Below are positions 38,201 through 51,358 of a DNA stretch of 64,000 nucleotides, one piece after another. The notes beneath the pieces were generated by a model that did no database searches, was not told where the DNA came from, and worked only from the letters and a program-made list of their open reading frames with translations. Made by a program: the position numbers and the translations under genes. The DNA is from Schizochytrium sp. TIO01 (Eukaryota; Protista; Bigyra: Labyrinthulomycetes): assembly GCA_004764695.1 (NCBI GenBank), contig SMSO01000031.1, positions 3,386,436-3,450,435 on the forward strand. The letters are read 5' to 3'. The first letter of the stretch is position 1. Every line of letters begins with the position of its first letter.

Positions 38201-41200
38201 GTGGCGTCAGAGATACAACTTTGGTTCGTAAGAATATGCCCGACCCACCTGCTACTTGGACACCAACTTGGTGCACGACAGAGCCTCCAGACACTGGCGG
38301 AATTGTTACCTCTCCGGACATTCCAACTACAAGGCCAAACTCACGTGACCAGCCACTGCGCTCGCCGGTAAGAGAGATCGCCATTTGATCATCTTTTGGT
38401 GAAAACATGTGAATCTGCACAATCTTCTTTGCAGATTTTGAGCCACTGTTTCCGAGGGGAATTTTCTCCAGCTTCCCAGTGAGATCTTTGCTCTCGCTTT
38501 CATGACCCTCATGGTCATCCACTTCAGATGAACTCTTTTCCTCTTCAAAATCCCCAAACACCCGAGTTTGTTGTGGAACAACTTTAGAACGAAGCTGATT
38601 CGTGAATGACTTTTCCGAAAAAATGAGCGGCAGTCCAGACCAGTTAAGGACAAGAAATCGGCAAAAAAGAACCACACGGAGTGGAGGAACACTCCTTGAT
38701 CGCCACAAGCATGGTTCCTGTCCCTCCCAATCCTCTAGCGAAGAATAGCCCACCTCTCCATAGACTGCAGACCGAGATCCGCCTCGTGGAGAAGATACCA
38801 TGAGAGCTACAGAGGCGTTTCCTTCATCTCCAAGATCATCACTATCACTGTCTGTTGCAGAATAGCTATCATCGTCGTCCTTGTCAGCGTGCATGTGCTG
38901 ATGATCAGAATCTTGCTCTTCTTTTGCAGAAGCAGGAATCACTTGCACATCAATGAGCAAGTTAGGGTCATTCTGTAATGGAACACTATATCTACTTTCT
39001 CTGGTTACACCGAGAATCGTTGGAGCGTCATACTGGGCACAGTCAAGGTTACCCGCTTCACGATAAATACGAAAGTAAAGCTTAATAGAATCAATAACAG
39101 AAGAAGCATCTAAAACCTCTTCCCATGATGCTCCCTCAGTGCCAATGGCCGGGTCTACGCAAAGAAAATGTTCCTGGCCACCCCGAGGTACGTGTACTAA
39201 GTTACATCCCTCAGAGGACAGTTCACTCTTTCCATTTGTTGTGCACTGCCGCAGGAGTTGAGCAGCTATTGCATGCGGCAACGCATTCTCGACACGCACG
39301 GGGGGGTCAAGGGTAATCACCCATCGAGTGGATAACCCAACCCCTTCGCTCAGGCTCTTGGCTACATCTCTGATACTGTGGAAGCTTACGTGAAACACAG
39401 CGTGGGCATTCGTCTGATGGGTATTGCTACTGCCTGAACCTCGATCAATTGGGATATACCGAGGTTTCCGCCGCGCGATATTTGTAGAAAGGCGCCAGGG
39501 CTGGATAACTAGAAGCTCGTGGATTCGAATTGGCTCGCCACCATCAATAGAGACAATGCCACCAAGGTCCAAACACTCAATAGGAATATAGATCTCGTCA
39601 CCTGGTTCCACTATACAGCTACTTTGGAAAGCATCACCCGGGCTTGGTGAGCAAAAGAACAGCAAATTTCCAACGGACACCTTCCCAGAAAGTGACCCTG
39701 GTGTAAGTCTATCAACAGTATTGAACTGCTCATCTAAACTCTGCCCAGCTGGCCTAGTTCGGCCTGGGCCTTCAGAACCAATGCGGCAGCCTTGTATGAC
39801 TTTAATTCGAACTTTGGTGCAGCGTTTCTGGTGCTTACGTGGGATGGAGAAATTTCGGACTTGGAACGGGTCAGTGAAGACAACCTTATAACGAGCGTCC
39901 ATATTGACCCACTTTCTACTTTCAACGCAAAACCCTTGTATCAACCATGCACTTGGGGCATCATAATCTTTGCTTCCAGACACCATGGAATACATTACTA
40001 CATCAAATTCTGAGTTTTCAGGATTTGCGTACTCTGCCCAAGCCGATTCCGGGGCAACTGAACTGCGGGACGAACTCGATGGTAAGCTAACCACCCATGC
40101 CGTGTCAACACGCTGATCAAATGCAAAGCGGCTTTGTTTTATATCATCACCTAGATCTGCGTCCTCTATTGGCGACAGAGGACCACAGAGTGAGAGGCGC
40201 TCAAACTCAAACTTCACAGAATCCATGAGTCGATTCTTCAAAGAAGCACATGACGATATCTCTACAAGTTTGGTACCTTCCTCAAAGTGTACATCAACTA
40301 ATGCGATATGTGGTGCATTGTCCTTGCGAACAATATTCGGCACTGCGCCCGTTGAAGAGATAGAGACAGGAGATGAAAGGGGAGACAGTAGTGGCATATC
40401 TCTTCCAGAACAGGAGTCCGATTTCAAGGAAATTGCGAATCGGCCCGCGTGATCTACTGGAATAGGCTCGCTTTCTACAAAGCCATCGACCTTGACGCTG
40501 AGTCCCAATGCTTGACGCTTTCGAGACTGGTTATCATCATTTGTATCTAAGAGACGCAAGAAGACATCTTCGCCGGCTCTAGCCTCGGAGGTCGCCCCTT
40601 CACTATGCTTCGAAGACACCTTTGCGGCTTCTGGAGCAAGCGCTTCCGCTATAGTCAAATTTACAGCAACGGTACCACAGGGAGCACGGAGATCTGGCTG
40701 TCCGAAGACGCTTGAACCAATGCGGAAGATTGATAGTTCTTGTCTTCGCAGGAGGTCTTCAGAAGTTTTGGGTGAAGGAAGAACCATGTGTGTAGTTGCG
40801 ACCAGAGCCCCATCTGTGAAAAAATCAAAACGCAAGACCTGATCTAATTCACACCATCCAGCAGACGTCCCGATTGAGATGCTCCCACTCGCATCAGTGA
40901 TCTCTTGAACAATGGCATCATGTCCGGAAGGGAGTAATGTTGCTCTTATAGAATCTAGCTTTTGCATAGAACCTGTAGTTGAAATACCCTCGCCATTTTC
41001 ACTGTTTGAGGTGACCTGCAAGAAATCAGACTTCAAATGGAAATCAACTCGGAGAAACTCACCATGAGAGGAAGAGAGGTACTCGCTACTCCCTTCCTCG
41101 GATTCAACACCTGCAGTGAGGGATGTACGCATGCGAGACAGGATGTCGGAGCATAACTCCGTAGCATCCCCTCCAAATTTGTTGTCAATGATCATGCGAT

Positions 41201-44200
41201 ATTCAGGGCCTAATAACTCAACACGATCTTTCGGCGGTGCTTCTCCACCCAAATGACTTGTTGGTTTACCCTTGAGTTTTCGGATGCTACTGTACATCTG
41301 CAAATTCACAGAAATTAGAGGAACAAGTGTCTCTTGCTCAGCATAATCGGAATCGAGATCTGCATTACCTTCAAATACATCAAGATTGTGACCATCTAGA
41401 AGAATGCGAACATCCTTGGAGTCTTGAGCATGAATTGATGTGGTATACACCTTTCTAGGGTACAAGTTAATGCCATGGGAACCCTCTACATCCGGAGTTC
41501 TCAATTCTTCAGAAAGAACTCCGAGTAGTGCACGAACCATACGCTCTTTGTCCTCAAGGCTGAACGCAACAAAACCATATGTTCGCGTATCTGTGACAAT
41601 TTGAAAGGCGCATTCTCTATGCATGCGCTGAGTTCGGTAAAGTCGTGGAGGAACCATGCCTTGGACACGGAGGAACACCGTGTTAATCATAGACTTTAAG
41701 TTAATTGCACCGAGTGGCCTCGCTTGACGAAAGGCTTTCAAGTCACGATAGTATTTGAGTGAGTTGCCCTCTACTGTAGCGTATCGTTTTCGCCATAGAG
41801 CACCAGTTGGATCACTTTTGTAAACCCAGCAGCCTACCATCCGTGTAAAATGGTAAGCTTCCTCTGTGCTACTTGACTTTGACAAAGGCCCAAAGAAGCC
41901 CCCAGTTGCGGACACATCAATTCGCTGAAGGCTCACGCTTACTTGCGAACCAGTCTCATTACGAACTATTAAATTGTTGGTACCTTCTCGTCCATTGCCC
42001 ATACGGCGACGATCACGTGCAAATTCAAACTGATTGTGTTTGTCGAAAGAATCAGCACTTGTAAGTTCTTGGGCTTTTTGCAACTGATGAACTGCAGCAG
42101 ATGTTACATTGAGGTTCAGCATCTGCGACGATTCAATATTAATGAACGTCGAAGCAAGGCGCAGCGGCTCAACAGACGCCTCCTTGTCATACCCAAGCGT
42201 GTGTTTTAAGCGTTCCTTCGGGGTGCCCTTGGAGAACTGAGGACTGTCAGCACCAATGTGACAGAACCAAGGGTCAATAATAGATTCCCAGCTTCCATGG
42301 CGTTTGTTCCAGTACGATACTGCCACCAAGATTTCAAAATCCGCTCGTGTCTGTGCATGAAGGTCTTTGTAATCGAATTGGGAAAGGAGAAGCTGCAGAT
42401 GTTCCATCCGTGCTTGCATAATTGGAGGTCGGAACTCACTCCAGTCCTCAAACAATGTCAAAGAAGCTTCTTTCAGAGTCACGTTGAACTTCACTTCGCG
42501 CTGTTTAGGCAATGGCAGTGGCGAGTATTGAGATGTGGCACTTGAAGGAGAGTCCGTTGGAATCGAAGATTCGCCCTCGGATTTCGAAATATAAGCCGCT
42601 TCAGATCCAAAATTTAAGGCCTGCAGTAAGAGTAGGTAGTCTTCTTTGCCAATATCAATCTGTAAATTATCTATCGCAAGCTCAGCAGAGATAATATCTT
42701 GCAGGAGCGTCGGGTCATGAGAACCTGGGATACTGATCAATGAGTGAAGGTCCAAAGACATTGGACGAATTACATACCATTGAATCTCCGATTTAGCTTT
42801 CAACTCGCCATTGCCTGTATTTGGCATAGTCTTGCGTTCAAGACAACGAGCAAGGCTGATATCCCCTAATTTTACATCCACTAGAGCATCTTTGTCCTTG
42901 TTAACCTTAGCTAGTGCATATAATGCCATAGAAAACACCAACTTATGCTCCGCGCTGGCAGGCGATAGCGAGACCACCAGCTCTTCGCAAATCATCTCAA
43001 AGTGTACGTTTTTGGGAAGCTGAATACGGGTTGGTGTATATGCTTGCCTTGCATAGTACATCCGTAAAAACGCTTCGTTTGATGCCGGGCCTGGCGCTCC
43101 ACCTGTTTGTCCTGTCATTTGCTGCTTAAGCTTTGTATCAGGGGAATTTTGGTCTGTAAACTGAAGGTTTTGTGGGTGCTTGTACTTCTGTACTTGGGAG
43201 AATTTTACTGTCGCAGAAATCAACTCAAAAGTATCGACAGCAAGGTTCGCAAGACGCCCAGATACCTGTACCATATCAGGTGCAAGCGCAAATGAAAGAT
43301 CAAAGAAGGGCACACGATCTGAACGAAGAGCATTGTGGACGCTTGCCTGATTCAAGCGTGGTGAGCTCTAGGTGTTGCAAAGATACTGATCCTTTGCCTT
43401 GATCTGGGAATGCGGGGCTATCCAAGACAGCCTCAACGCCTTCTACATAGAAGCGGAAGAGCTCTGCACCAACTGCTCGGCTTCTAGAGCTGTTAGCTCG
43501 AGCAACTCTTGGCCTAGGCACGCTGTCGCCTCCAGAGTCCATGTAAAGAGAAAGAATGAAAGATTCAATAGTGCATTGAAGCACAACCTGCCGAGCGTCA
43601 TTCAATGGCGCGATTGAGCTGCTCGTGCCACGCCGCTCGGGGGCTTCTGCAACTGACGAGCGTGCTTGAGAAGCACCGCCCGAAAATTCATTCGAGGCCG
43701 TGTTTGATGATGCCGCACTCATTACTCGGTTAAAATCATTTGTTGCCAGAACCTCCAGGAGAAGTGCATATTGGGCCTGAGAGCAAGAGGCAGTTGTAGG
43801 GGTTACACTTAAGTTCAATTGTTGTTGACCAGGCTCGAACTGAGCAGATGCCGCAACCGAGAGGCGTAAGAGAGTTTGAAAAAGATCTTGCTCGAAATTC
43901 CAGGTTTCGACCACGAGATTTGTCAACGTAAGTTGGCTAGAAAAGGCAGAATCAAAAATGGTACTACGGGCATAACTATCTTCTGAGACAGCTGAACGAG
44001 CGTCAAAGAAAAAACCACTCTCGTCTAAATCAGCAGGCGGATCGGAATAAAGCGAGTCGCGCCGTGATCCGCCATCAGTAGTTGTCCCTAGGCGACCAGG
44101 TCCATACGACCCTTGTAACATCAAGTGGTCTAGCTTGGAAGCAACCATATCTCTAACCTCCCAATGAAACATTTCCTCCTGGGCAGCACGTGAGGTAGGA

Positions 44201-47200
44201 TCCCTGGGAATGAGAACACAAATGTCGGATATCTCAAGGATAACATCAGCTCCTTGGGTATCTGTGGGTGAGCGTTGATACTTGCTATGGTTCTCGTTGC
44301 TAAAGTCCTCAGTAGAATCCGTCACTGGACACACAAGTACTTGCAACTCATTGGCATACTGAAGAAGATTTTCTAAGATGGGGGCGGAAATGTGAACTCG
44401 CAATTGATGAAGACGAGCATTCACATCAAAGTGGCCACCCTCAACCTCTCGTAAAACTCGAACGGCCACACACGTGTCTGTGGTTGGTTTCTTGGCCCAG
44501 TCTTTATCGCACAGACTAGCGCCTGGCCAAGCAACCCCACTCCAGGCGAGGCCTTCGGCGGTTTCAGGGTCGCCAGCAAACGCTCGCACGCTTCCGCATG
44601 TGATTGTTGCGAGGAAATCTTGTTCGGCATCAGTGCGATTACCATACGTTTTGCCTTGCATGTCAAGAAAGGAAGCATTGAGATAAGCTAGACGAAACAC
44701 AGCAACGTCGTCCGTATCGTCGGCACGTCTTAAGCACAGGCTTGTCTGCTCAGCAACAAATTCAGCTGATAGGCTGCGGGACTTTGTTTGAAGTTTAGCA
44801 GGGTGAGTGAGGGATTGACTCTCTTGTTGCTCTAACAAACGGGCTCTTTGTTGAAGTAATGGCATTGTGCATTGCTCAAGCTCTTGCTTAATTGTGAAAA
44901 GGCAACCGGCCAAGCGATCCTCTACACTTGAGTAAATGGTAGCAAGATTTACCACCACCGCCTCATCGACATTTGATGCATCTGAATTATGCTTTTTTCC
45001 AAGGTAAGATAAAACTGGAGCCCATGAGGGTCGCAGAGTGGACTGTGTATTCCTCCATATTGACGTTTCTGTTAAACAAACTGCATCAATAATCCCCCGA
45101 TTATCTGAGATTCTCACTTCCTTTAAGTTCAGGTGAGATTGAGTTCCCAAAGGTACGAGCGATCTGTTGTATTTTGAGACCCTCTATTGCGAACTGCGCA
45201 GACTTCTGAGACTCACTAGCTTGCAACGCTACTGTTATGGCCATAACATCAGCATTGATGCGTGTTCGCACTCGCTTCCCAACCCTAAGACATTCTGACT
45301 GAGACACGATAAGTGTGTCTGGAGTAATTTGCTTAAGATCTGGATCTCGAGTTGACGAAGGAAGATGCAATGCGCGCTCTAAAGCGATACTTAAGCCTAG
45401 AGCACGATACAAAGAGCGTGAGGAAACTACAATGTCCAGTTTTGAACCCATCTCAAAAGAAATATGAAGTAAATCTGTCGTTGAGTCTTCCGGGCAAAGG
45501 CTCATTGCAACATCGGTGTCAAAGTCAAAAGCCTGAATGATTGCAGTATCATCAACTCCATTGAGTACGCACGAACGTTCAGGTAGGACTTTGACAATGT
45601 TCAGCCCGATTTTTCGGCCTGAGATACTAATATTAGAAACGCATGTCTTGGGGGAGCTTACCATACGCAAATCAAAGTCACCAACCTTTAGCATCAACGC
45701 ATCTTCAGTCACAGAGTCCGCTGACGCCAGAGCTCTGGTCCCTCGCATCTTGGGTTGAGAAGGCATCGGAGCATGCAGTTTAAACTTTCGCACGTGTAGA
45801 GATACTCTGGTATTTGAAACCCTTTTCACTGCATCACGACGTGTTCCCTCATTGTAGCGTTTCATTGCATCGATTTCTTCCACGATAATATCTTCTTCGT
45901 CAATGATGTGTGATGAAGAAAGGAGTGAAACATCTGCATAACGTTCAATCGCACGTGGTAGCGAGGCGTCAAGCCAGAAGTCTAAGGGCTCAATTTCGAT
46001 AGCAATACTGCTTTGATCTTCACCGATATCTCGTACATCAAAGTTCACTTCAAAGCAGGGTGTGCCAACACCCTTATCGGAAAACGCAAGAATACTAGTT
46101 GTTGACACTCTCAACTCACTGTCCACGCGCATATCGAGAATTTGCACATTACCCTTCGTCGAGTGGCCTTGTTTGATGGCCTTGATCGCCATGTAGTCAA
46201 TCTGCACAATGAGGAGACCCTCTAATTGGACCTTACATTCGTGCAAAGCCACAAAGGCGTCAATTTGAATAATGTTATCATCAGGACTGGGGATATAGTT
46301 ATAAAACTTGGCTGCTTCGGCACGAGCAAGCGCTGATGCACCTTCACGGATACTATCCACAGAGCTCCCTCCCACCCCAAGCCATCTGTGAGAAAAACTC
46401 TCTTTCTGCTCTAAATTATATTCGTTTACGAGACGAAGTTCACAGAGTGTACGAAAAGCCATAATCTCCTCATTTGTCAATGATTCTTCCAGACTCTGTA
46501 ATCGGTGAAGATCCCCTGATGAGAGCTGAAGTGTTGGTTGGAGCTGGTCTATACTGCCTGCCCCTTGCGGGAATTTTCGTCGATACAAATTCGCATAGGT
46601 TTGACTCTTAGTAAAGAGGCTCGCAAGGCGTAGCCATGATGTACGCCGACGCTTGTTACGGATGTTTTCTTGAATACGATAAATAACATACGCCCACCAT
46701 TGCCTTGGACTATTGTTAGGTCGCTCCCGGGGTCGTCTGCACCCACTAGATAAAACGGCATTCTCATTTGCGCAGAAGCCAGCAACTAATATCACATGCT
46801 TTGTCTGTTTTGAATTGAGATTGAAAAGTACACGCTCGATATCCACGGACACTTGCAGTGCTGGTTTTGAGCTGGGAGGCGGACCCGTGACGTAGAGTTG
46901 AGGAATGCGCATTTCCATGTTGAGAGGCTCGAGAAATAAGTTCACACCATCTTCTTCATACGTTTCCTGCTCAAAAATATCGAGTGGAGCAGTGTTAGCT
47001 AGATCAGGCTCGCGATGGTACATTCGCAAACCATGAATTGATGCAACCTTGCTTGCACAACCCTTATCCATGTTCTGCGACGAGGTAGCTGGGACGATTT
47101 TGAGCTTAGGCAAAGCAACGCCAATCTGAAATGTCTTTTGGGAGCTGGGATCGTAATGGTCGATCTGAACATGAACGTTAGTGATTGTGACGACCATGTT

Positions 47201-47686
47201 CTGGATTACAGCTGAAGTAATTCCTGTTATAATGCGACCAGTCCAAGATTCTGCAGGAGCGGGGCGGAGACCCTTTTGAAATGATGCAAGGGATTTTTTT
47301 CTTGAGGCATCAAGACCTTCTAGTACCGCGTCTCGGTCTTCATTATCGTCTTCAAACTCACGTTTCTTTGGAGACCCTCGAGATGAGCTTTGTGCAGCCT
47401 GCTCCGCACTAATGCATTCTACTCGCAAGTATACGTCATCTACCTGCACGAGAACTGGCGCATTATAAAGGTTTGTCCATGGAATCGTAATCCTCAATGT
47501 TCCGACAACACCTTGTGCAAGCTCTAGCGGGAGTCCAGCGTCCTTCAACACTGATGCTCGAATCTTGACATTCTGCAAGTAAATATCTCCGTTCGAGATG
47601 GCAAGACGCAAATTGTCACGGTTGAGGTCATCAATAAGCCAGCCCAAGGACTTGTTGAGCACACCAGCCACAATACCTTCCAGCAT
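32226..47686 (-). CDS. VPS13: VPS13-family bridge-like lipid transfer protein, about 5,150 aa, split by four single-base indels into five ORFs
   Basis: Chorein-N MLEGIVAGVLNKSLG...VGTLRITIPWTNL; YWNKRHGSWESIIDPW; VAB/SHR-BD RTKVVSLTPRFVIAN; C-terminal LAGLGASLID, IQLDNQL, ISDAPLRFNAL, LLGSPVQL..FFYEP, IRLPR. Span 15461 - 3 + 1 = 15459 nt = 5153 codons. Confidence 0.9.
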
Positions 47687-48069
47687 AGCGCCTGCAGGCT
47701 CCTAATTTGCTCGCTCAAGATTTGTGAACCAATATCTTGCAGTTGGGTTTCTAAGGTATCAGAACACGCCTACCTTGATCTACTTCGTAGCCAGATGATT
47801 ACAACCGTCTGCGAAGACCCAGGTCAGATCTGCAGATTTATGGAGTAGGTCTGGAGCTTGTTGTTGGCTCCAATCAAAGTCCCGAGATTTTTTCCTCTTT
47901 TCAAAGCAGTCTCTGCGTGATAATTCGCTCTGCGTGACGATCTCTGCTTCAAAATTGAACCCAGCCCAAGAGCTCTAAGTAGCGAAGATTCCGCGAGGAC
48001 TTTGCAAAACTTCCCCGCAAATATATAGCGCAGGCGCTCCAAGACGCCTGGACGAACGCAAAGCTCCCC

Positions 48070-48110
48070 GTGCTTTGTGGCGCCGCCCAAAGTGCTTTTG
48101 GCGCCGCCCA
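48070..48110. promoter_or_regulatory. Tandem ~20-bp direct repeat containing an E2F-like site, in the divergent VPS13/XPC promoter region
   Basis: GTGCTTTGTGGCGCCGCCCA (48070-48089) and GTGCTTTTGGCGCCGCCCA (48092-48110). TTTGGCGC at 48097-48104 fits TTTSSCGC. Confidence 0.35.
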
Positions 48111-48477
48111 GTCAAGGCCAATTGACGTGAGGCTTTGGTGCGTTCTAACTTGATTATTTGATGATCTTGTTTCAAGTGAATACTAGTAGTAATACATAGC
48201 AGGACAATAGTATATACTAGGAAGGTAAAATCATAAACGTTTTCATTCTCTTTTCTTTTATGTGAGAGTTACTTTTATGAGGGTGCATCGCCAAAACTCG
48301 AGGCGGAGGTGAATGGAGTAGCAGAACTCCAACTCCCGACAGCCTTTACGGAGAAGTCGAGAGACTTGTGGACTACTCCAACCTTGGGAGATAACTCAGG
48401 GTATTCTTTAACACAGCTGAACACTTGTTGATTCTTGGGCAGTGCTTTTGGAGAAGCACACAAATATTGTGGTGCCC

Positions 48478-49521
48478 ATGACCACCCAGAACGAGGACTC
48501 GGAGGAGGGCCAGAATGGAGCGAATTTAGATATAGATATGCAAGCAAAAACCCTAGGGAGTGAGAACAAGCATGTTGAGAGCGACGAGGAGTCTGAGGAA
48601 GACTTCGACTTTGATTTTAACATAGGATCACAGATAGAGTATGCCGAGGATGAGGATGAAGAAGAAGATGATGGACTCGAAATTTCTTGGGCAAATCCCG
48701 TTGCACATGCTGGAGACCGTGAGCGACAAAAATCTACAACTGCACAAAAACAGCAGCACTTGCCTCAGTCGCATCCTAAAATCTCACAAATTATTCAAAA
48801 ATCTGAGCAAAAGACAGCTCAAGAATCAGCTGCAGCTGAGGAGGTTGTACTTGCGAATGAAAATGCTAAGCAGAAGAAAGTTAAATCAAAGAGAACCCGG
48901 ACGCACATTGAGTTGGTCCATCGCATGGATCTTCTGTGTCAGTTGGCTCGCGCTCTCCGTCTTAATAAGGCCTGTGACTCTCAAATGCTGTGGGGACTAG
49001 CTCATACAGTGATGCCGGAACCTTTCCGGGTGATGGAATCAGAGAAGCGTGCAAAGGTGTATGTGGGATGGTTTTCTGAGACGTTTAGTGTTGACGAAAC
49101 ATGTCGAAACTCTGAACTAGCAGCTCCGGACCGACTTGCGCGCGTGCTTCAAGAACATTTAGGAAGCCGTTTAGAGTTATTGCAGATCTTCATTATTTTG
49201 GCACGCTCAGTAGGAATTCCGTGCCGTCTTGTCACAAATCTTCACCCGAAAGGACGCTTAGTTGTATCAAAAAGCCGTTCGAAATCAAGCAAAGTTTCTT
49301 TAGACGACAATGAGATTGTTGAAGTAAACAAGCCAAAATCTAAACGACAGCCTTCACGAGACAATGAGTACTGGGCTGAGATTTTGATAAGACCTCCAAC
49401 TATAGCAAATAAAGAGTCTTCAATAGTTGCGGTTAGGTCTGGCAAAACACCAAGAAGCACTGGAAAGGGTCCGAAGGGCAAAGGGGCTCCGCCGATCAAA
49501 ATAAAGGACGACGATGAGGAT

Positions 49522-49580
<59 letters not shown>

Positions 49581-51141
49581 TGACGACCGGCGGGAGGTAC
49601 GCGATGACGAAAACCTGGATTCGGAGTTTGTCGATTTGAAAAAGAATGTCAATAGCGACGAAGTCGAGGATGGTACGCCTTTTTGGATTAGTGTTTTTCC
49701 TTTAGAACGATCAGTAGGGATCAAAGGAAATCTAGAGGCTCAAAACTGTTATATAGTAGGTATCTCAAGTGGAAATTTTGCCATGGATGTGACCCGTCGC
49801 TACTCGAAGCGCTGGTCAGCTACATCAAAGTATCGTCATAACGAAAAAGACGGTTGGTGGCAGTTTTGCGTCTTGCTTGGTCTTCAGGAGCAAGGACGCC
49901 AGTGGCTTCAGCAAAATGGATCAAAGCTATCGCGAAGACAAAAGAAAGCTTTTAGTATTGCAAGATCGCCTATGGTAGTTTCCAGAGAAGAGCAAGAGCT
50001 CATGACACAAGCGCGATGCGAAGGCATGCCAACAAATCTTGATGGCTTTCGAAGGCACTCCACTTATGTGTTACTCAAGCACTTACGTCGTTATGAAGCT
50101 ATCAAACCAGGTGTAAAACCTGCAGGATACTTCAAAGGCACAGAAGTTCACTTGCGAGAACACATTGCTGAGCTCAAATCTAAAACAGGCTGGCGACGTG
50201 AAGCTCGCGTAATTCGTTCTGACGAATTGAAATCTCCTTATAAGCTTGTCGATCCTATCCGTCGCAATGGAACAGTTACATCCACTAACGCTGCTGATAA
50301 CACGTCAACGCAGCCCCTGTCTGATGTGGTAGAGCCTGCAGAGCTTGATATTGTGGCGAAGAGCTTAAACGATACTCTGGAAAATGCACAACAGCAAGGC
50401 GAAGTGATTTGCAGTCCTGACAATGGCCAGGAGCAGCAAACGAAGGATGACGATGGTAGCTCTTCGGAAGTCGAGGACAACGAAACTGGAAAAATATCAC
50501 TTTATGGATATTGGCAAACTGATGCTTACGAGCCTCCAGAGGTAGGTCCAAACGGGGAAATCCCTAAGAATAAGTATGGAAATGTCGAGATGTGGAGTCC
50601 AGCTCATTGTCCTCGTGGTGCCGAACATGTACGTGTTGACCTTGCTGCCCAAGCTGCCAAAAGTATTGGTATTGATTATGCGCCTGCAATGGTAGGGTTC
50701 GAACATCGCGATTTTCGTATGCTTCCCAAAATCGAAGGTGTTATTGTTGCATCTGCACATGCGCAAACTGTACGAGATGCAGCCGAAGCTCTTCAACTGG
50801 AGCGCTTAGAGAAAGCAAGGAGAAAGCGCACTGAACGTGTTTTGAAGTATTGGGAGATGCTATTCAAAGCAGTTCTTGTAAAAGCTCAGCTTTCACAGCG
50901 GTACAACAACCAAAACAGTGAGGCTGCTCAAGAAGACCATTCCGTAGGGGATGGGACATGCGATGGTGAAAGTCAAAAGCTTACGAATGATGCACCGGTG
51001 CGTTTGCGCAGTTCCGAATTATGCAAACACGAGTTTCGTGAACAAAAACGTGTTAAAAACAGCTTAGATGTTGCTGGGTTTCAAGGAACATCGCTAGTGT
51101 GCATACATTGCAACGTCAGAAAGCAAGAGGAGGAAATATAA
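48478..51141 (+). CDS. XPC: DNA repair protein XPC/Rad4
   Basis: HRMDLLCQLAR, GSRLELLQIFIILARSVGIPCRLV, YWAEI, AMDVTRRY, MPTNLDGFRRHSTYVLLKHLRRYEAI, LYGYWQT, IPKNKYGNVEMW...PRGAEHV, GIDYAPAMVGFE...PKIEGVIV. Start taken at the first ATG; uncertain. Confidence 0.93.
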
Positions 51142-51358
51142 TGAATGCATTACGTGTCTAGGTTAAAGCGGCGTGCTCTTTTAAGTATAGGCATCTAAAT
51201 GAATTGAATAATTATCTTATCTGTCGTTTGATATATCTATCTATATAAAGAGCGCTTGTGCATCTCAGCTTCTCATTTATGTATCTTTATACATCGCTAA
51301 TTTACATGTCTACGTTTGGCCGAATTAAATCAAAAGTTTGACGCGGGTATATCACGAC

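Noticed and set aside
38142-45150. Euplotes-style +1 frameshifting at stop codons
   Set aside because: There is no AAA-TAR context, and homology places the shifts upstream of the stops.
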